Origin: Eledone cirrhosa
Taxonomy: Eukaryota
Assembly: GCA_964016885.1 (NCBI GenBank)
Contig: OZ024745.1
Location: 112,468,001-112,532,000 of the forward strand
DNA: 64,000 nt
Reading direction: 5' to 3'
A program made the position numbers and the translations under genes. This document shows positions 1-12,679 of this stretch, one piece after another; the first letter of the stretch is position 1, and each line of letters begins with the position of its first letter. The notes under the pieces are model-generated. The model did not search any database. It was given only the letters and a program-made list of their open reading frames with translations, and was not told the DNA's origin.

Positions 1-37
1 TTTATATAATTTTTATATAATTTATATAATTTATATA

Positions 38-86
<49 letters not shown>

Positions 87-87
<1 letters not shown>

Positions 88-274
88 CGAAGGAAATGTG
101 GTAAGGAACCAGGTGGACCATAACGCACCAAAGTACTCAATACTTAGGGTAGTAGAGTGGGTAATAGGAACCAGTAAGACCCCGACGGCAGAGCTCAAGC
201 CGTTTCGACGGCTAATTCAGTCCAGAATTAGCCGTCGAAACGGCTTGAGCTCAGCCGTCGGGGTCTTACTCGTT

Positions 275-279
<5 letters not shown>
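87..279 (-). mobile_element. PLE-like terminal-repeat fragment (family A) with fold-back palindrome, inside a (TA)n tract
   Basis: Same sequence recurs at 11620, 21474 and 45630. Arms 164-218 and 225-279 are near-perfect inverted repeats. Contains GTC-GAAA-CGG, resembling an HHR 3' half. Flanked by (TA)n on both sides. Confidence 0.6.
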
Positions 280-350
<71 letters not shown>

Positions 351-953
351 AGTATGTATATATATATATATATATGTATATGTGTATATATATATATATT
401 AGAGAATTATGTACGTATGCATGCATACATATATGTACACGCATATATATATGTGTATGTATGAGAGAATATTCATACGTATAGATATATGCATAACAAT
501 TCACATATGAAAAATATGCATGCAATTATGTATGCATATCTACATCCCCCCCTCTCTCTCTCTCTTTCTCCACACACACACATAGACATACTCAAGAACA
601 CACACACATATATATACATACACATACATACATACATACGCACAAGCACACACACATATATATACATACACATAAATACATACGCACATGCACACACACA
701 TGTGTATATATATATATATACAGTAGGAAAATATATATGTATGTGGCTTTGTGTATTCCATAGTAAAAGTCGGGTGCAGACATAATGATGAAATAGATAA
801 GATGGCAGAATGTAGGGTGAATAACAAGATACTTAACTCTACTTTCTTAGTAAAAAAAAAACAAAAAAACCGGTGCCAGATGTATTATGCGACCACAGTA
901 ATACGTCCATCTTCACATACATAAAATATTCATGCTTGGAAAAACGCGCGCAC

Positions 954-1014
<61 letters not shown>

Positions 1015-1312
1015 ATATATAGAAAGAGATACTGGAAAAAATAGAAATATTAGGAAGTTTCGCAGGATTTATAATCTAACATGGATTATTCGAGAAAGCT
1101 GTTAATTTCTTATGGAAGGAAGCAAATGAAATTGATTTTCATTTCTCGTTTCGAGTAACACATATATTTTTTTATGTCTATCGACGTCCGCATATTTCAT
1201 CTAAGATGTTGCAGATATCAGCCTTACAGTATTATAACATGCCCATTGAATATTGTAAATATCTATCGCTGCTGCTGTTGTTGTTGTTGTTATTTAGCTT
1301 CATGGCATTAAT

Positions 1313-1500
1313 AACGATTTCTAGTGTAGGCACAAGGCCAGCAATTACCCAGTACATTGCTGGTACTTTATTTTATCGACCCCGTAAGGATGAAAGGCAA
1401 AGTTAACCTCGGCGGGATTTGAACTCAGTCCGTAAAGGGACGTAACTGTGGTGCAAAGCATGGCGTCCGACCCTCTACCGATACTGCCAATACACCACCA
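1313..1500 (-). mobile_element. tRNA-derived SINE, family 1 (short form)
   Basis: On the minus strand: A-box-like TGGCAGTATCGGT, B-box GAGTTCAAATCC, body TTGCCTTTCATCCTTACGGGGTCGATAAAATAAAGTACCAG, ATT-rich tail. More than 25 copies in the window. Confidence 0.85.
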
Positions 1501-1502
1501 AA

Positions 1503-1703
1503 TGATTTCTAGTATAGGCACAAGGGGAGGGGGGAGTCGATTAAATCGACCCCAGTACGTTACTGGTGCTATATTTTATCGACCTCGTAAGGATGAAAGG
1601 CAAAGTTAACCTCGGCGGGATTTGAACCCAGACCGTAAAGGGACGTAACTCTATGCTGCAAAGCAGGGTGTCCAACTCTCTACCTATACTGCCAATCCAC
1701 CAT
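1503..1703 (-). mobile_element. SINE family 1 (long form with GTCGATTTAATCGAC insert)
   Basis: Same head and body plus an extra hairpin/C-rich segment. Lies head-to-tail with the previous copy. Confidence 0.85.
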
Positions 1704-1844
1704 ACTTTTCTTCATGGCATTAATAATGGAAAAGACATCCATGAGCAAAGTCATTCTAGCCGTGACCATCTCGTCGTTTCAGATGTAATTTATCTCGTAC
1801 TACATAAACCAATAACCGCTACTTTATTATTTTCCAGAGAGATC

Positions 1845-2034
1845 GGGGGATTGGCAGTATCGGTAGAGGGTCGGACGCCATACTTTGCAGCCAAGAGTTA
1901 CGGCCCTTGCCATTCTGAGTTCAAATCCCACCGAGGTTAACTTTGCCTTTCATCCTTACGGAGGTCGATAAAATAAAGTACCAGTAATACACTGGGATAA
2001 TTGCTGGCCTTCTGCCAAAAGTAAAAACAATTAT
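1845..2034 (+). mobile_element. SINE family 1 (short form)
   Basis: Full head, body and CAATTATT tail. Confidence 0.85.
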
Positions 2035-2299
2035 TTTCCAGAGAGATTATGGTGTGATTTAAGAGCGAAATGGAAGGGCAGACCTTACTGCTATTTCTCA
2101 CAGGTCGTGAGAACGCAGTCAAGAATATTGGTTAATGTCTGAAATAAGGTCACACATTTCTATTTAAAATGAATTCGTTAATTAATAACAGATTGCTGGT
2201 TCCACATTGAAATAAACGAGACAAAATTGGGTGTTAGTCATTTCGTAACAGATTTTAATTACTAATTATCTCATTTACGCGATGTTGGTGTCACACATG

Positions 2300-2477
2300 G
2301 ACGTTGTTCACACACACAGACACACACACACACAGATACCGACACACACACAGACATACACACACAGACACACACACACTAACACACACACACACACACA
2401 CACACAGACATACACACACACACTGACACACACACATACACAGACATACACACTGATACACATACACTGACGTTGTT

Positions 2478-2508
<31 letters not shown>

Positions 2509-3410
2509 TGACACACACACACACACAGACATACACACTGATACACATACACTGACGTTGTTCACACACACATTCACACAGACAGACATACACACACACA
2601 CAGACATACACACTGATATACATACACTGACGCACACATTTACACACACAGACACACACAGACACACACACACAAACACATACAGTATACACACACACAA
2701 ACACATACATACAGTATACACACACTGACAAACACATACATACTGTATACACACACACACAAACACATACATACAGTATACACACACACACAAACACATA
2801 CATACAGTATATACACACACACACAAACACATACATACAGTATACACACACAAAAAAACACATACATACAGTATACACACACACACAAACACATACATAC
2901 AGTATACACACACACACACAAACATACAGTATACACACACACACAAACACATACATACAGCACACACACAAACACATACATACAGTATACACACAGACAA
3001 ATAGATACATACAGTATACACACACATACACAAACACATACATACAGTATACACACACACAAACACATACATACAGCACACACACACACAAACACATACA
3101 TACAGTATACACACACACAAACACATACATACAGTATACACACACACACAAACACATACATACAGTATACACACACACAAACGCATACATACAGTATACA
3201 CACACACAAACACATACATACAGTATACACATACACACAAACACATACATACAGCACACACACACACAAACACATACATACAGTATACACACACACAGAC
3301 ACATACATACAGTATACACACATACATACAGTATACACATACACACAAACACATACATACAGTATACACACACACAACCACATACATACAGTATACACAC
3401 ACACAACAAA
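2300..3410. repeat. CA-rich compound minisatellite (~26-32 bp unit CACACACAAACACATACATACAGTATA)
   Basis: Tandem repeats seen directly. They explain the long Cys/Val/Tyr ORFs. Confidence 0.95.
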
Positions 3411-3794
3411 CAACAGACGTATATATTTTTTACACACGTTAAACTGGAGTTATATACCTTTTTATACTTCACAAAATATAAAGCATTCAGCCAGCACTTG
3501 AGTCGATAAAAAACAATTATAAGTGCCCACGTATACACATACACACACACACGCACGATCACACACACACACGCACAAGCACACACACGCACAAGCACAC
3601 ACACACACACGCACACACACGCACACACGCACACACACACAGACACACACACACACACACGCACGCACGCACACACAAACATATACATGCTTAAATGTAT
3701 ATACATACATGTGCAACTTCTGCCACACGTACAAGTGAAGTAAACAAAACGCGGTTCGATCTCGATTTTCTGAACGAGAAGAGCAGGGAAGCAT

Positions 3795-4468
3795 TTTATT
3801 CGGATAACTGATCGTTTATATAACTGATTTTATCGTAAACAAAGAAAAGACACATTGTACACCACAACGTAAAAGATCATGATTAAGGGGTTTTTATATC
3901 GTTTATTCGATAAATAGATATATTCTAGTGGAATAGGAGATGCCCTTTCACCATTATGCAGATGGTTTGTAATCTCGGTTTTCTGTTCAATCATAAATGG
4001 TGTTCATTTTCTCTCTATAAACATGGTGACACCATCAAACTCGATGATATAATCAGCGAATTACATATTCACAACAAAATGGTAGAATGAATGAAGACAC
4101 AACTAGTCTTGTAATGTTTTTTTTGCATATCAGTTATGTTTATGTTTTAAAATTAGTTTTGCTCCGTTTAAAGTTACCGACACAGATCAAACTAGAGGAG
4201 CGATCGATACATGATACTCTTAATAGCTGCAATTAAACGACATGATCGTGGCATTTGCAGTGTCCGTACTATCTCTTTGATGTAATATTTTTGCATGTCC
4301 TTCAGTAATTCGAATGCACTTTTAATCATTTTAAATGAAAGACGAAATAACAGCATCAGTATTATTTTCGAGTTCGGGTTATGCCATAGTATGGCTAATT
4401 TTATATTCACGGGACCTTAAGATCTAGTTTGAATAATAAAAAATTTCGGATAATCGAGGCCTGACTGC
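3795..4468. mobile_element. Decayed pogo/Tigger-like DNA transposon remnant
   Basis: Right end TTCGGATAATCGAGGCCTGACTG (reverse complement CAGTCAGGCCTCGATTATCCG) resembles Tigger-type termini. A related CGGATAAC motif occurs near 3800. No transposase recognised. Confidence 0.35.
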
Positions 4469-4861
4469 ATACTACTATGATAGCAGAAACAATGAAATAT
4501 GCAATTACTTTGAACGCACTGAACCATATTTAACCTATAACTTCTATACAAATTGATCGAACTCTCAACCACAGAACCACACATCTATTTCCCTCTCCGC
4601 CACCACTATATTGGTTGCTCTTTAGAATGTTTAATCAATTATATTTCAGAACTTCACTTGTTCGATTTCATTCTTGCTTTTATTTGCTGCTGCTATATAG
4701 TCTGGTGGAATAAATCTTCATTCTAATTCAGTTGAATGAGATCAGTACCATCAAATAAAAGATAAGTTTCCGACAAAATAAGTGATCGATGTGGTTTCTA
4801 TTTCCTGTTGAAGCTATATCACCTCACTATTCCTACGTCATAGTCGAATGGTTGACGACTA

Positions 4862-5082
4862 AACTGGTGAGGAGGGTAGGTGGAACCCCAGCAGCATAAA
4901 AACAAGAGCTGTTAAAAGAGCAGATGAACTCTGGGTTAAATAGCCTCACCAACCCACAATTGACCAAGCGTGATGAGTATGGCTACACCCTTGACATGAC
5001 CAAAGCCAAACAGAAAGCAGAGGAGGACAGCCAGAGAGGGGTTCCTCCAGCAAGAGTGAGAAATCCCTGGATTGAGTTGGAT
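4862..5082 (+). repeat. Dispersed repeat (second copy at about 49505-49760)
   Basis: Clear nucleotide similarity. ORFs 4924..5142 and 49569..49760 translate to similar peptides (GLNS.TNPQL..R.EYGYT.DMTK.KQKA). Confidence 0.75.
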
Positions 5083-5339
5083 ACCAGCGCAATTATTATG
5101 AGAATGGATGTGGGAGAGGGTAGCACTCATGTGGATATGTGATAAATATGACAATTGAATGAGGTGATGGTGATGTTGTGATCTAGTCGAGGTGGTGTTG
5201 TTGTTGTGATGTAGTTGTTGTGACATTGATGTAGTGTGGTGGTGATGTTGTGATGATGTTTTGGTGACGTGATGGTGATGTTGTAATGTGGTGATCTAGT
5301 TGTGGTAGTTTTTCTTTCACCCCCTAACTGTAAATCGAT

Positions 5340-5640
5340 CTTCGCCGGCTTCGACAACGTGCATTCAGTTGTTTGATCAAATGAACTATCTGCTCATTGA
5401 ATCAACGTATAATGGGCTGAGTATTCCATAGAAAAATGTATCCTTATCGTAATTCCTCGGGCTGGATCAGCTTGACAGGGTGTGACAAGGTTGGACCTTT
5501 GAATTATATTTGCTATCAATTCAACGGTCTTCGCACTGTGTCTGTTAAACCAACATGGATAGACCCGAATCTATGATAGAATATAATTATCCAGTGGCAT
5601 CGATCTCAAGATCTCATGATTACGAAGCGAACACATTTAT
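5340..5640 (-). mobile_element. Old SINE-like repeat, family 3 (related copies near 41790-42080 and 43220-43420)
   Basis: Shared GGCTGAGTATTCCA...GTGTGACAAG...TTGAATTA motifs between loci. Strand is tentative. Confidence 0.45.
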
Positions 5641-5869
5641 TATTCGGCTACGTTGCATCCATAACCCCACACTTTAAACTACAAAATAAATATTTTCTCA
5701 AGCTATCCTCGTAAATATAATCCCCTCTTATTACTCATGCCACCACATAACAAGGCATTAAAGCAACTCAAGGTTATATGTTACATGACAGGATGAACTG
5801 GGAAAATGAATCTTGAGGAGAAATGGAAGTGTGATTGCTATAAGCGCGAATATGACGAATGAACTGGTA

Positions 5870-6030
5870 GTGGGGATAAAGGTATGGCATGGAGAGGTAC
5901 ATATTGACCCTTTAAAAAAAACATCAATGTTGCTGCCACAAGGAAAGAAATCGTTTGGCAGTTTGTTCCATTGAGATGCGGTTCTGGGAATGAAACTGTT
6001 TCCATGAAATGTATAATTAGTCCAAGCCAA
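5870..6030 (-). mobile_element. 3' remnant of a CR1/L2/Jockey-group LINE
   Basis: Translates NSFIPRTASQWNKLPNDFFP...DVFFK, matching the typical SF.PRT...WN.LP C-terminal motif of these RT ORFs. Confidence 0.6.
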
Positions 6031-6472
6031 CTATGTGGTAAGTGAGAAGCCTTGATGTACCCTTTTACTTACTCTCATACAATATGTCCCAAAGCTAGCT
6101 AATGTAATCACAAAAACTCTTTAATCTTTCTCTGCCGTATCTACCCGAATCACTAGATAAACCTAACATTGTCAAAGAGGTTACCTTGCCAGAGATGATG
6201 ACATCTTGACCACATTTACTAAAGTGTTATCAGTCTCACGCCGAGCATCCTAACTAACAATGTTATCATTTTGAATCTCTATCCCTTGTTGGTGGCAAAT
6301 AATACACTTTCCAAAAAATCACACATGTACGATGTCTCTCTCAGTGATTATTCACCGTTGAGGATTTCGACGAAAGCTATTAAAATCAGTGAAACCAGCT
6401 GGTAAATTAAGACCGTCTTGAGATGAGCGAACACCAATAAGACTATCTGAGTCTGGCGTTATTTACTATAGA

Positions 6473-6647
6473 CGGTGGATTGGCAGTATCGGTAGAGGGT
6501 TGGACGCCATGTTTTCCAGCATAGTTACGTCCCTTTACGATCTGAGTTCAAATCCCGCCGAGGTTGACTTTGCCTTTCATCCTTACGGGGTCGATAAAAT
6601 AAAAGTACCAGTAATGCACTGGTTAATTGCTGGCCTTGTGCCTAAAG
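6473..6647 (+). mobile_element. SINE family 1
   Basis: Head, body and 3' segment match the family consensus. Confidence 0.85.
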
Positions 6648-6717
6648 ACAAAAGGAACGATCGACTTTCGTCAAATCGGACCGAAGGAACAATGTTTCCG
6701 TTGGTCTTTCCAATTGC

Positions 6718-6872
6718 TAATACTATCTATCGGTCGCAACTCCAGGTAGAAGGAGCAACGTGAAATAAAGTGTCTTGCTGAAGGACATAACGCATCGCCT
6801 GGTCCAGGAATCGAACTCACAACCTTACGATTGCGAATCCAATTCTCTAACCACTCCGCCACACGCCTTCAC
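6718..6872 (-). mobile_element. tRNA-derived SINE, family 2
   Basis: Minus strand reads GTGGCGGAGTGGTTAGAG...GAGTTCGATTCC then GTCCTT.AGCAAGACACTTTATTTCACGTTGCTC. Matches 50879-51032. Confidence 0.8.
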
Positions 6873-7002
6873 ACTATAGACAAAAAGGCGTATTACATAG
6901 CATGATCATAGATAGGAAAGGAATGATAGTGCAGTCATGTGAATGTGTTTTGTTAGACATGCAGATGTTTAAAGATGTGCCTGGGATGTTCTGAGATGTA
7001 GT

Positions 7003-8500
7003 GAGAATGGATGTCGGAAAGGATAGCACTCATGTGGATATGTGATAAATATGACGTTTGAATGAGATGATGGTGATGTTGTGATCTAGTTGAGGTGGTG
7101 TTGTTGTTGTGATGTAGTTGTGATGTAGTTGTTGTGATGTTGTTGTAGCGTGGTGGGGATGTTTTGGTTACGTGATGGTGATGTAGTTGTTGTGATGAAG
7201 TTGTGATGTAGTTGTGATGTAGTTGTGATGTAGTTGTTGTGATGTTGTTGTAGTGTGGTGGGGATGTTTTGGTTACGTGATGGTGATGTAGTTGTTGTGA
7301 TGTAGTTGTGATGTAGTTGTGATGTAGTTGTTGTGGTGTTGTTGTAGTGTAGTGGTGATGATTTGGTTACGTGATGGTGATGTAGTTGTTGTGATGTAGT
7401 TGTGATGTTGTGGTGATGTTGTTGTGGTGATGTTGTTGTAGTGTAGTGGTGATGTTTTGGTTACGTGATGGTGATGTAGTTGTGATGTAGTTGTTGTGAT
7501 GTTGTTGTAGTGTGGTGGTGATGATTTGGTTACGTGATGGTGATGTAGTTGTTGTGATGTAGTTGTGATGTTGTGGTGATGTTGTTGTGGTGATGTTGTT
7601 GTAGTGTAGTGGTGATGTTTTGGTTACGTGATGGTGATGTAGTTGTGATGTAGTTGTTGTGATGTAGTTGTTGTGATGTTGTAGTGTGGTGGTGATGTTT
7701 TGATTACGTTATGATGATGTTGTTGTTGTGATGTAGTTGTGATGTAGTTGTTGTGATGTTGTTGTAGTGTGATGGGGATATTTTGGTTACATGATGGTGA
7801 TGTAGTTGTGATGTAGTTGTTGTGGTGTTGTTGTAGTGTGGTGGTGATGTTTTGATTACGTTATGATGATGTTGTTGTTGTGATGTAGTTGTGATGTAGT
7901 TGTTGTGATGTTGTTGTAGTGTGATGGGGATATTTTGGTTACATGATGGTGATGTAGTTGTTATGATGTAGTTGTGATGTAGTTGTTGTGGTGTTGTTGT
8001 AGTGTGATGGGGATGTTTTGGTTACATGATGGTGATGTAGTTGTTATGATGTAGTTGTGATGTAGTTGTTGTGGTGTTGTTGTAGTGTGATGGGGATGTT
8101 TTGGTTACATGATGGTGATGTAGTTGTTATGATGTAGTTGTGATGTAGTTGTTGTGGTGTTGTTGTAGTGTGATGGGGATGTTTTGGTTACATGATGGTG
8201 ATGTAGTTGTTATGATGTAGTTGTGATGTAGTTGTTGTGATGTTGTTGTAGTGTGATAGGGATGTTTTGGTTACATGATGGTGATGTAGTTGTTATGATG
8301 TAGTTGTGATGTAGTTGTTGTGGTGTTGTTGTAGTGTGATGGGGATGTTTTGGTTACATGATGGTGATGTAGTTGTTATGATGTAGTTGTGATGTAGTTG
8401 TTGTGATGTTGTTGTAGTGTGATGGGGATATTTTGGTTACATGATGGTGATGTAGTTGTTATGATGTAGTTGTAGTGTGGTGATGATGTAGTGAAGTGGT
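7003..8500. repeat. G/T-rich minisatellite, 83-bp period in its distal part, grown from a duplicate of 5100-5300
   Basis: The GTGAT.GGGAT.TTTTGGTTACATG anchor recurs at about 7921, 8004, 8087, 8170, 8253, 8336 and 8419. The leader 7003-7120 matches 5100-5220. Confidence 0.9.
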
Positions 8501-8823
8501 AATGATGATCTCACAAGGATGAGTGATGACCTTGACGTATATGATGGCTACTATGTGAATGAAAGATAACCTTTCTTTTCATGAAAGCGAAGGATCTGAC
8601 ATTTAATCTTGGATACTGAAAACTTAACAAAACTGCTATCACTTCACTGAGGAATAATAAGGTTTCGGGCGAATGTCATTTAGAATATTTGAAATTATTT
8701 TCCTTTCGAAAACCGAAGAATGAAACCTGGTGTGGAATTTGCAATCAATTCTGACAAAGTAAATAGATTGAAGCATCTTTAGGTGATCATTCTTCTCTAT
8801 CTCCACCTCCTTGTTTTTGTTTT

Positions 8824-9000
8824 TCTTCTTCTCCTCCTCACCCTTCTTCTTCTTCTTCTTCTTCTTCTTCTTCTTCTTCTTCTTCTTCTTCTTCTTCTCC
8901 TCCTCCTCACCCTTCTTCTTCTTCTTCTTCTTCTTCTTCTTCTTCTCCTTCTTCTTCTCCTTCTCCTCCCACCTCCTCCTCCTCCTCCTCCTCCTCCCCT
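8824..9000. repeat. (CTT)n/(CCT)n microsatellite
   Basis: Seen directly. Another (CTT)n lies at 48454-48524. Confidence 0.95.
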
Positions 9001-9256
9001 TCTACCCCCTCCTTCTTCGTCCTGTCTTAAATGTTATTGATGTATGTTTGATGGAATGCCCCTCGCTGCTATTTATATGCAATAAATCATTTATATAAAA
9101 TATATCTAGCTGTATATACACAAACATACACGTATAGTCATATAGACACACACACACACATTCACACCCAGGAACAAACACACACAAACAGACAGAGTGC
9201 ATATATGACTGAATTTGGTGAAAAGGAATGCAACAGCAACAACAACAACACACACG

Positions 9257-9289
<33 letters not shown>

Positions 9290-9348
9290 ATCTGTATATA
9301 TACATATATATATATATATCTGTATATATACATATATATATATATATC

Positions 9349-9453
<105 letters not shown>

Positions 9454-9454
9454 C

Positions 9455-9505
<51 letters not shown>

Positions 9506-9665
9506 CTGTATATATACATATATATGTATATATATGTATATATATATATATATCTGTGTATATACATATATATATATATATATGTAATATATTATAAATA
9601 TAGTTATATATATATATATGTATATGTATATATGTATATATATGTATATATATAAGTATAATATA

Positions 9666-9800
9666 AGATCAAAAGATGGTTAAAAGAGTTCCATGTATTT
9701 TATTATGCGCATTTCAAAAACAAATATCATCCCATGATGATATTTGTTTTTGAAATGCGCATAATAAAATACATGGAACTCTTTTAACCATCTTTTGATC

Positions 9801-9801
<1 letters not shown>
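9666..9801. repeat. Perfect 66-bp-arm palindrome derived from the PLE 3' end at 9978-10047
   Basis: Arms 9666-9731 and 9736-9801 with a 4-nt loop CCAT, identical to the HHR helix II loop. Confidence 0.95.
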
Positions 9802-9897
<96 letters not shown>

Positions 9898-10007
9898 GTA
9901 TATATATAAATATATAGTTATATATATATATGTATATGTATATATGTATATATATGTATATATATAAGTATAATATAAGATCAAAAGATGGTTAAAAGAG
10001 TTCCATG

Positions 10008-10078
10008 TATTTTATTATGCGCATTTCAAAAACAAATATCATCATGGGATGATATTTGCGTTCTCATCAGATAAAATA
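10008..10078 (-). ncRNA. Type I hammerhead ribozyme
   Basis: TATTTTAT-CTGATGA-GAACGCAAATATCATC(CCAT)GATGATATTTGTTTTT-GAAA-TGCGCA-TA-ATAAAATA. Perfect 8-bp helix I, long helix II, palindromic minimal helix III. Confidence 0.9.
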
Positions 10079-11018
10079 GGGAGACATGATATGAAGCTTA
10101 AAAACACTTGCGAGCAGTGAAGTGTTAAATCCACATATGAAAAATAAAATAAGATGGATATATCAGATTGGGGAAAAAAAAAAAAAGAAGGAAGGGGGAA
10201 GGAAAACGTAAGGAAGAGGAAGAAAGAAAATAAAGGATGACGGGGGAGGAGGAGTATAAGAAGGAAGGATTAGAGAGGAGGAGAAATGAGTGAGAGAGAG
10301 AGAGATACTGTCTCACAGAGAAAAATAAAAAAAAACCGTTGTAAGATAATACATAATTTTTTTTTAAATTTTGAAATTAAAAGTTAATGAGGTTTATGAA
10401 TGGTGATGTTTATGATTAAAGGAATTAAGAATAGTATTTATTTAAGGTTTATATATTGAAGGGTTTAATAATATGTGCGAAAAGGAATTTATTAATATGT
10501 ATTATTAAAATTAAAATATTAAGGAGATAAGGTGAATGAAGAAGAGATTAAATGAATTATGAACTTAGAGCAATTAGTTAGGGTCTAAGTTTGTTTCTAT
10601 GTATTGTAATATGAAAAAGTAAATAATAGGTTTAATACGAGCACGGAAGGAGAGAAGAAAGAAGAAAATTTAAGGAAGAAAAAATATATAACGTAAAAAA
10701 AAAAATATGTTGACAAAATTTACTAATGGTAATATTAGTATATATTAAAAATATAGTTTGTATGGCCAAGAATATAAGGAAAATGCTAATAATATGAATT
10801 AAGAAGTAATTGAGAAGTAAAAGTTACAGATTAAAGATTAGAAATTAAAAAAGAAAAAAGGAAAATAAGAAAAAAGGATGAAAAAGAAGAAAAATAGGGG
10901 ACCGCTAACGACATAGAATGAGTAAATTGTATAATATAATATACTGAAATAAGGTAGAAAGATGGGTATATTTGTAAAAGATATAAAAGCGTTTGAGAAA
11001 AAGAATATTTAAAACTAA

Positions 11019-11600
11019 TTAGGTAGTGAGATAATAGCTGTATACTTTATGGAAAGTTCTATGGGATTTATGCAAGCAGAGCGAAAATAAATCCGTACGT
11101 CTATTTATTATAGAATTAAAATTAGAGATAATGGTAAATTTCTCGGCTAGGCAGAGATTACATGTTCTGGATAGGGAAGAATTCTGGTAAGGAGAGGCGT
11201 TGCAAACCTTCCTCCAAGAAATGTTGTAGTTAATATTTTTGTTTTTTAAGGACCATATGAGTTCTGAGAGTGCCGTGTTAGTTCTTGTAAGTTGGTATTT
11301 AAAAGACGAATTGTGATTATAAAATCTTGCTTTAAAGGAAGTTGAAGTGGAACAAAAATAGGTAAAAGAATTAGTACCAGTTATAACCTTACATTCATAC
11401 ACTAAATTTTTATCAAGACATTGGTTATTAAGAGGACATTTAGTTCTAACAGGGCAATTACAATTACGATTAGAGAAATTACCAGAGTTATTAACAAGTG
11501 ACCTAGTATTATTTATAGAAGGAATTGGATTGGAGAAGTTATTTACGATAGGTGCTAAAGTTTCCTGATTTACATTGGTGTTATGAACATTTGACAAAGT
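11019..11600 (-). pseudogene. PLE GIY-YIG endonuclease fragment (CNC..CPL..C linker, possibly Naiad-like)
   Basis: CNCPVRTKCPLNNQCLDKNLVY...TYFCST...FKARFYNH...LSELIWSLK...CNLCLAEK. The YIG motif is decayed to YFC. Confidence 0.8.
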
Positions 11601-11619
11601 TAATATATATATATTTATA

Positions 11620-11757
11620 ACGAAGGAGGTGTGGTAAGAAACCAGATGGACCATAACGCACCAGAGTACTCAATACTTAGGGTAGTATAGTGGGTAATAG
11701 TCCAGAAATAGCCGTCGAAAAGGTTTGAGCTCTGCCGTCGAGGTTAAACATTTCCCT
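11620..11757. mobile_element. PLE-like terminal repeat family A: inverted tail plus one palindrome arm
   Basis: Matches 87-166, then jumps to the loop and right arm (GTCCAGAA.TAGCCGTCGAAA) of the 164-279 palindrome. Confidence 0.65.
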
Positions 11758-11789
11758 ATATATATGTATATATATATATATATATATAT

Positions 11790-12335
11790 GTCTCTGGACT
11801 CGGCATTTAATGCAGCAAATTAGATTTCTGCTTTTGCAGTTCATATTTGCATTTGGGAATATTTTTCCAGTTTTTGTGTTCATATATTGACCAGTATGTA
11901 TGAACTGACATGTGCCACATCGACTACCATTGCATTTAGATACAGTGAATGATTGGTCTTTGTTGTTAAGGTAACATTTTGCCTTTGTTAGTAATTGCTT
12001 CAAACGGTCTGTGATTAAACCTTTTAATTCATTATTTTGTGCAATGATCGATAGGTTTGCTTTGGCAGTGTTGAAGATATTCTGGTGACATGGGTTGTGT
12101 GTCATTATAAATGGTATGACCAGTTCTTGGTTTCTTCTTCCTTGGGTCATCCTAAGTTGTTGTATAGGTATTTTTATAGCCCGCTGTATGCCATTTTCTA
12201 TAAGTAGAGATGGTTTTTTTGTTTGAGCAAAAATTCTTGTTTGAGCAAAATTTCTCTCAGTTCTGTTAGGCGTTTGTTTCTGGTATTTGTATCTTCTACA
12301 ATGGTACAAATTCTTCTGGCTAGGCAGTATGGGAT
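11790..12335 (-). pseudogene. Second PLE fragment: linker and start of GIY-YIG
   Basis: IPFIMTHNP...KCNGSRCGTCQFI...MNCKSRNLICCIKC, typical of the PLE zinc-finger linker preceding GIY. Bounded by (TA)n. Confidence 0.75.
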
Positions 12336-12366
12336 GTTATATGTATATATATATATATGTTATATA

Positions 12367-12408
<42 letters not shown>

Positions 12409-12414
12409 TATATT

Positions 12415-12502
<88 letters not shown>

Positions 12503-12508
12503 TATATT

Positions 12509-12548
<40 letters not shown>

Positions 12549-12642
12549 TATATTTATGTGTACATATATATATATATTTATATATACATATATATATATA
12601 TATATATGCACATATATTTATGTGTACATATATATATATATT

Positions 12643-12679
<37 letters not shown>

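Larger units (their letters stand above)
9965..11600 (-). mobile_element. 5'-truncated Penelope-like element: GIY-YIG end, AT-rich 3' region, HHR, terminus in (TA)n
   Basis: GIY-YIG ORF remnant at 11019-11600 and a same-strand HHR at 10008-10078. Both ends abut TA repeats. Confidence 0.75.

Noticed and set aside
10080-11018. SECIS element in the 3' region of the possibly Naiad-like PLE
   Set aside because: No convincing RUGA/GA quartet hairpin was seen by eye, and the ORF fragment has no in-frame TGA. A SECISearch run would be needed.
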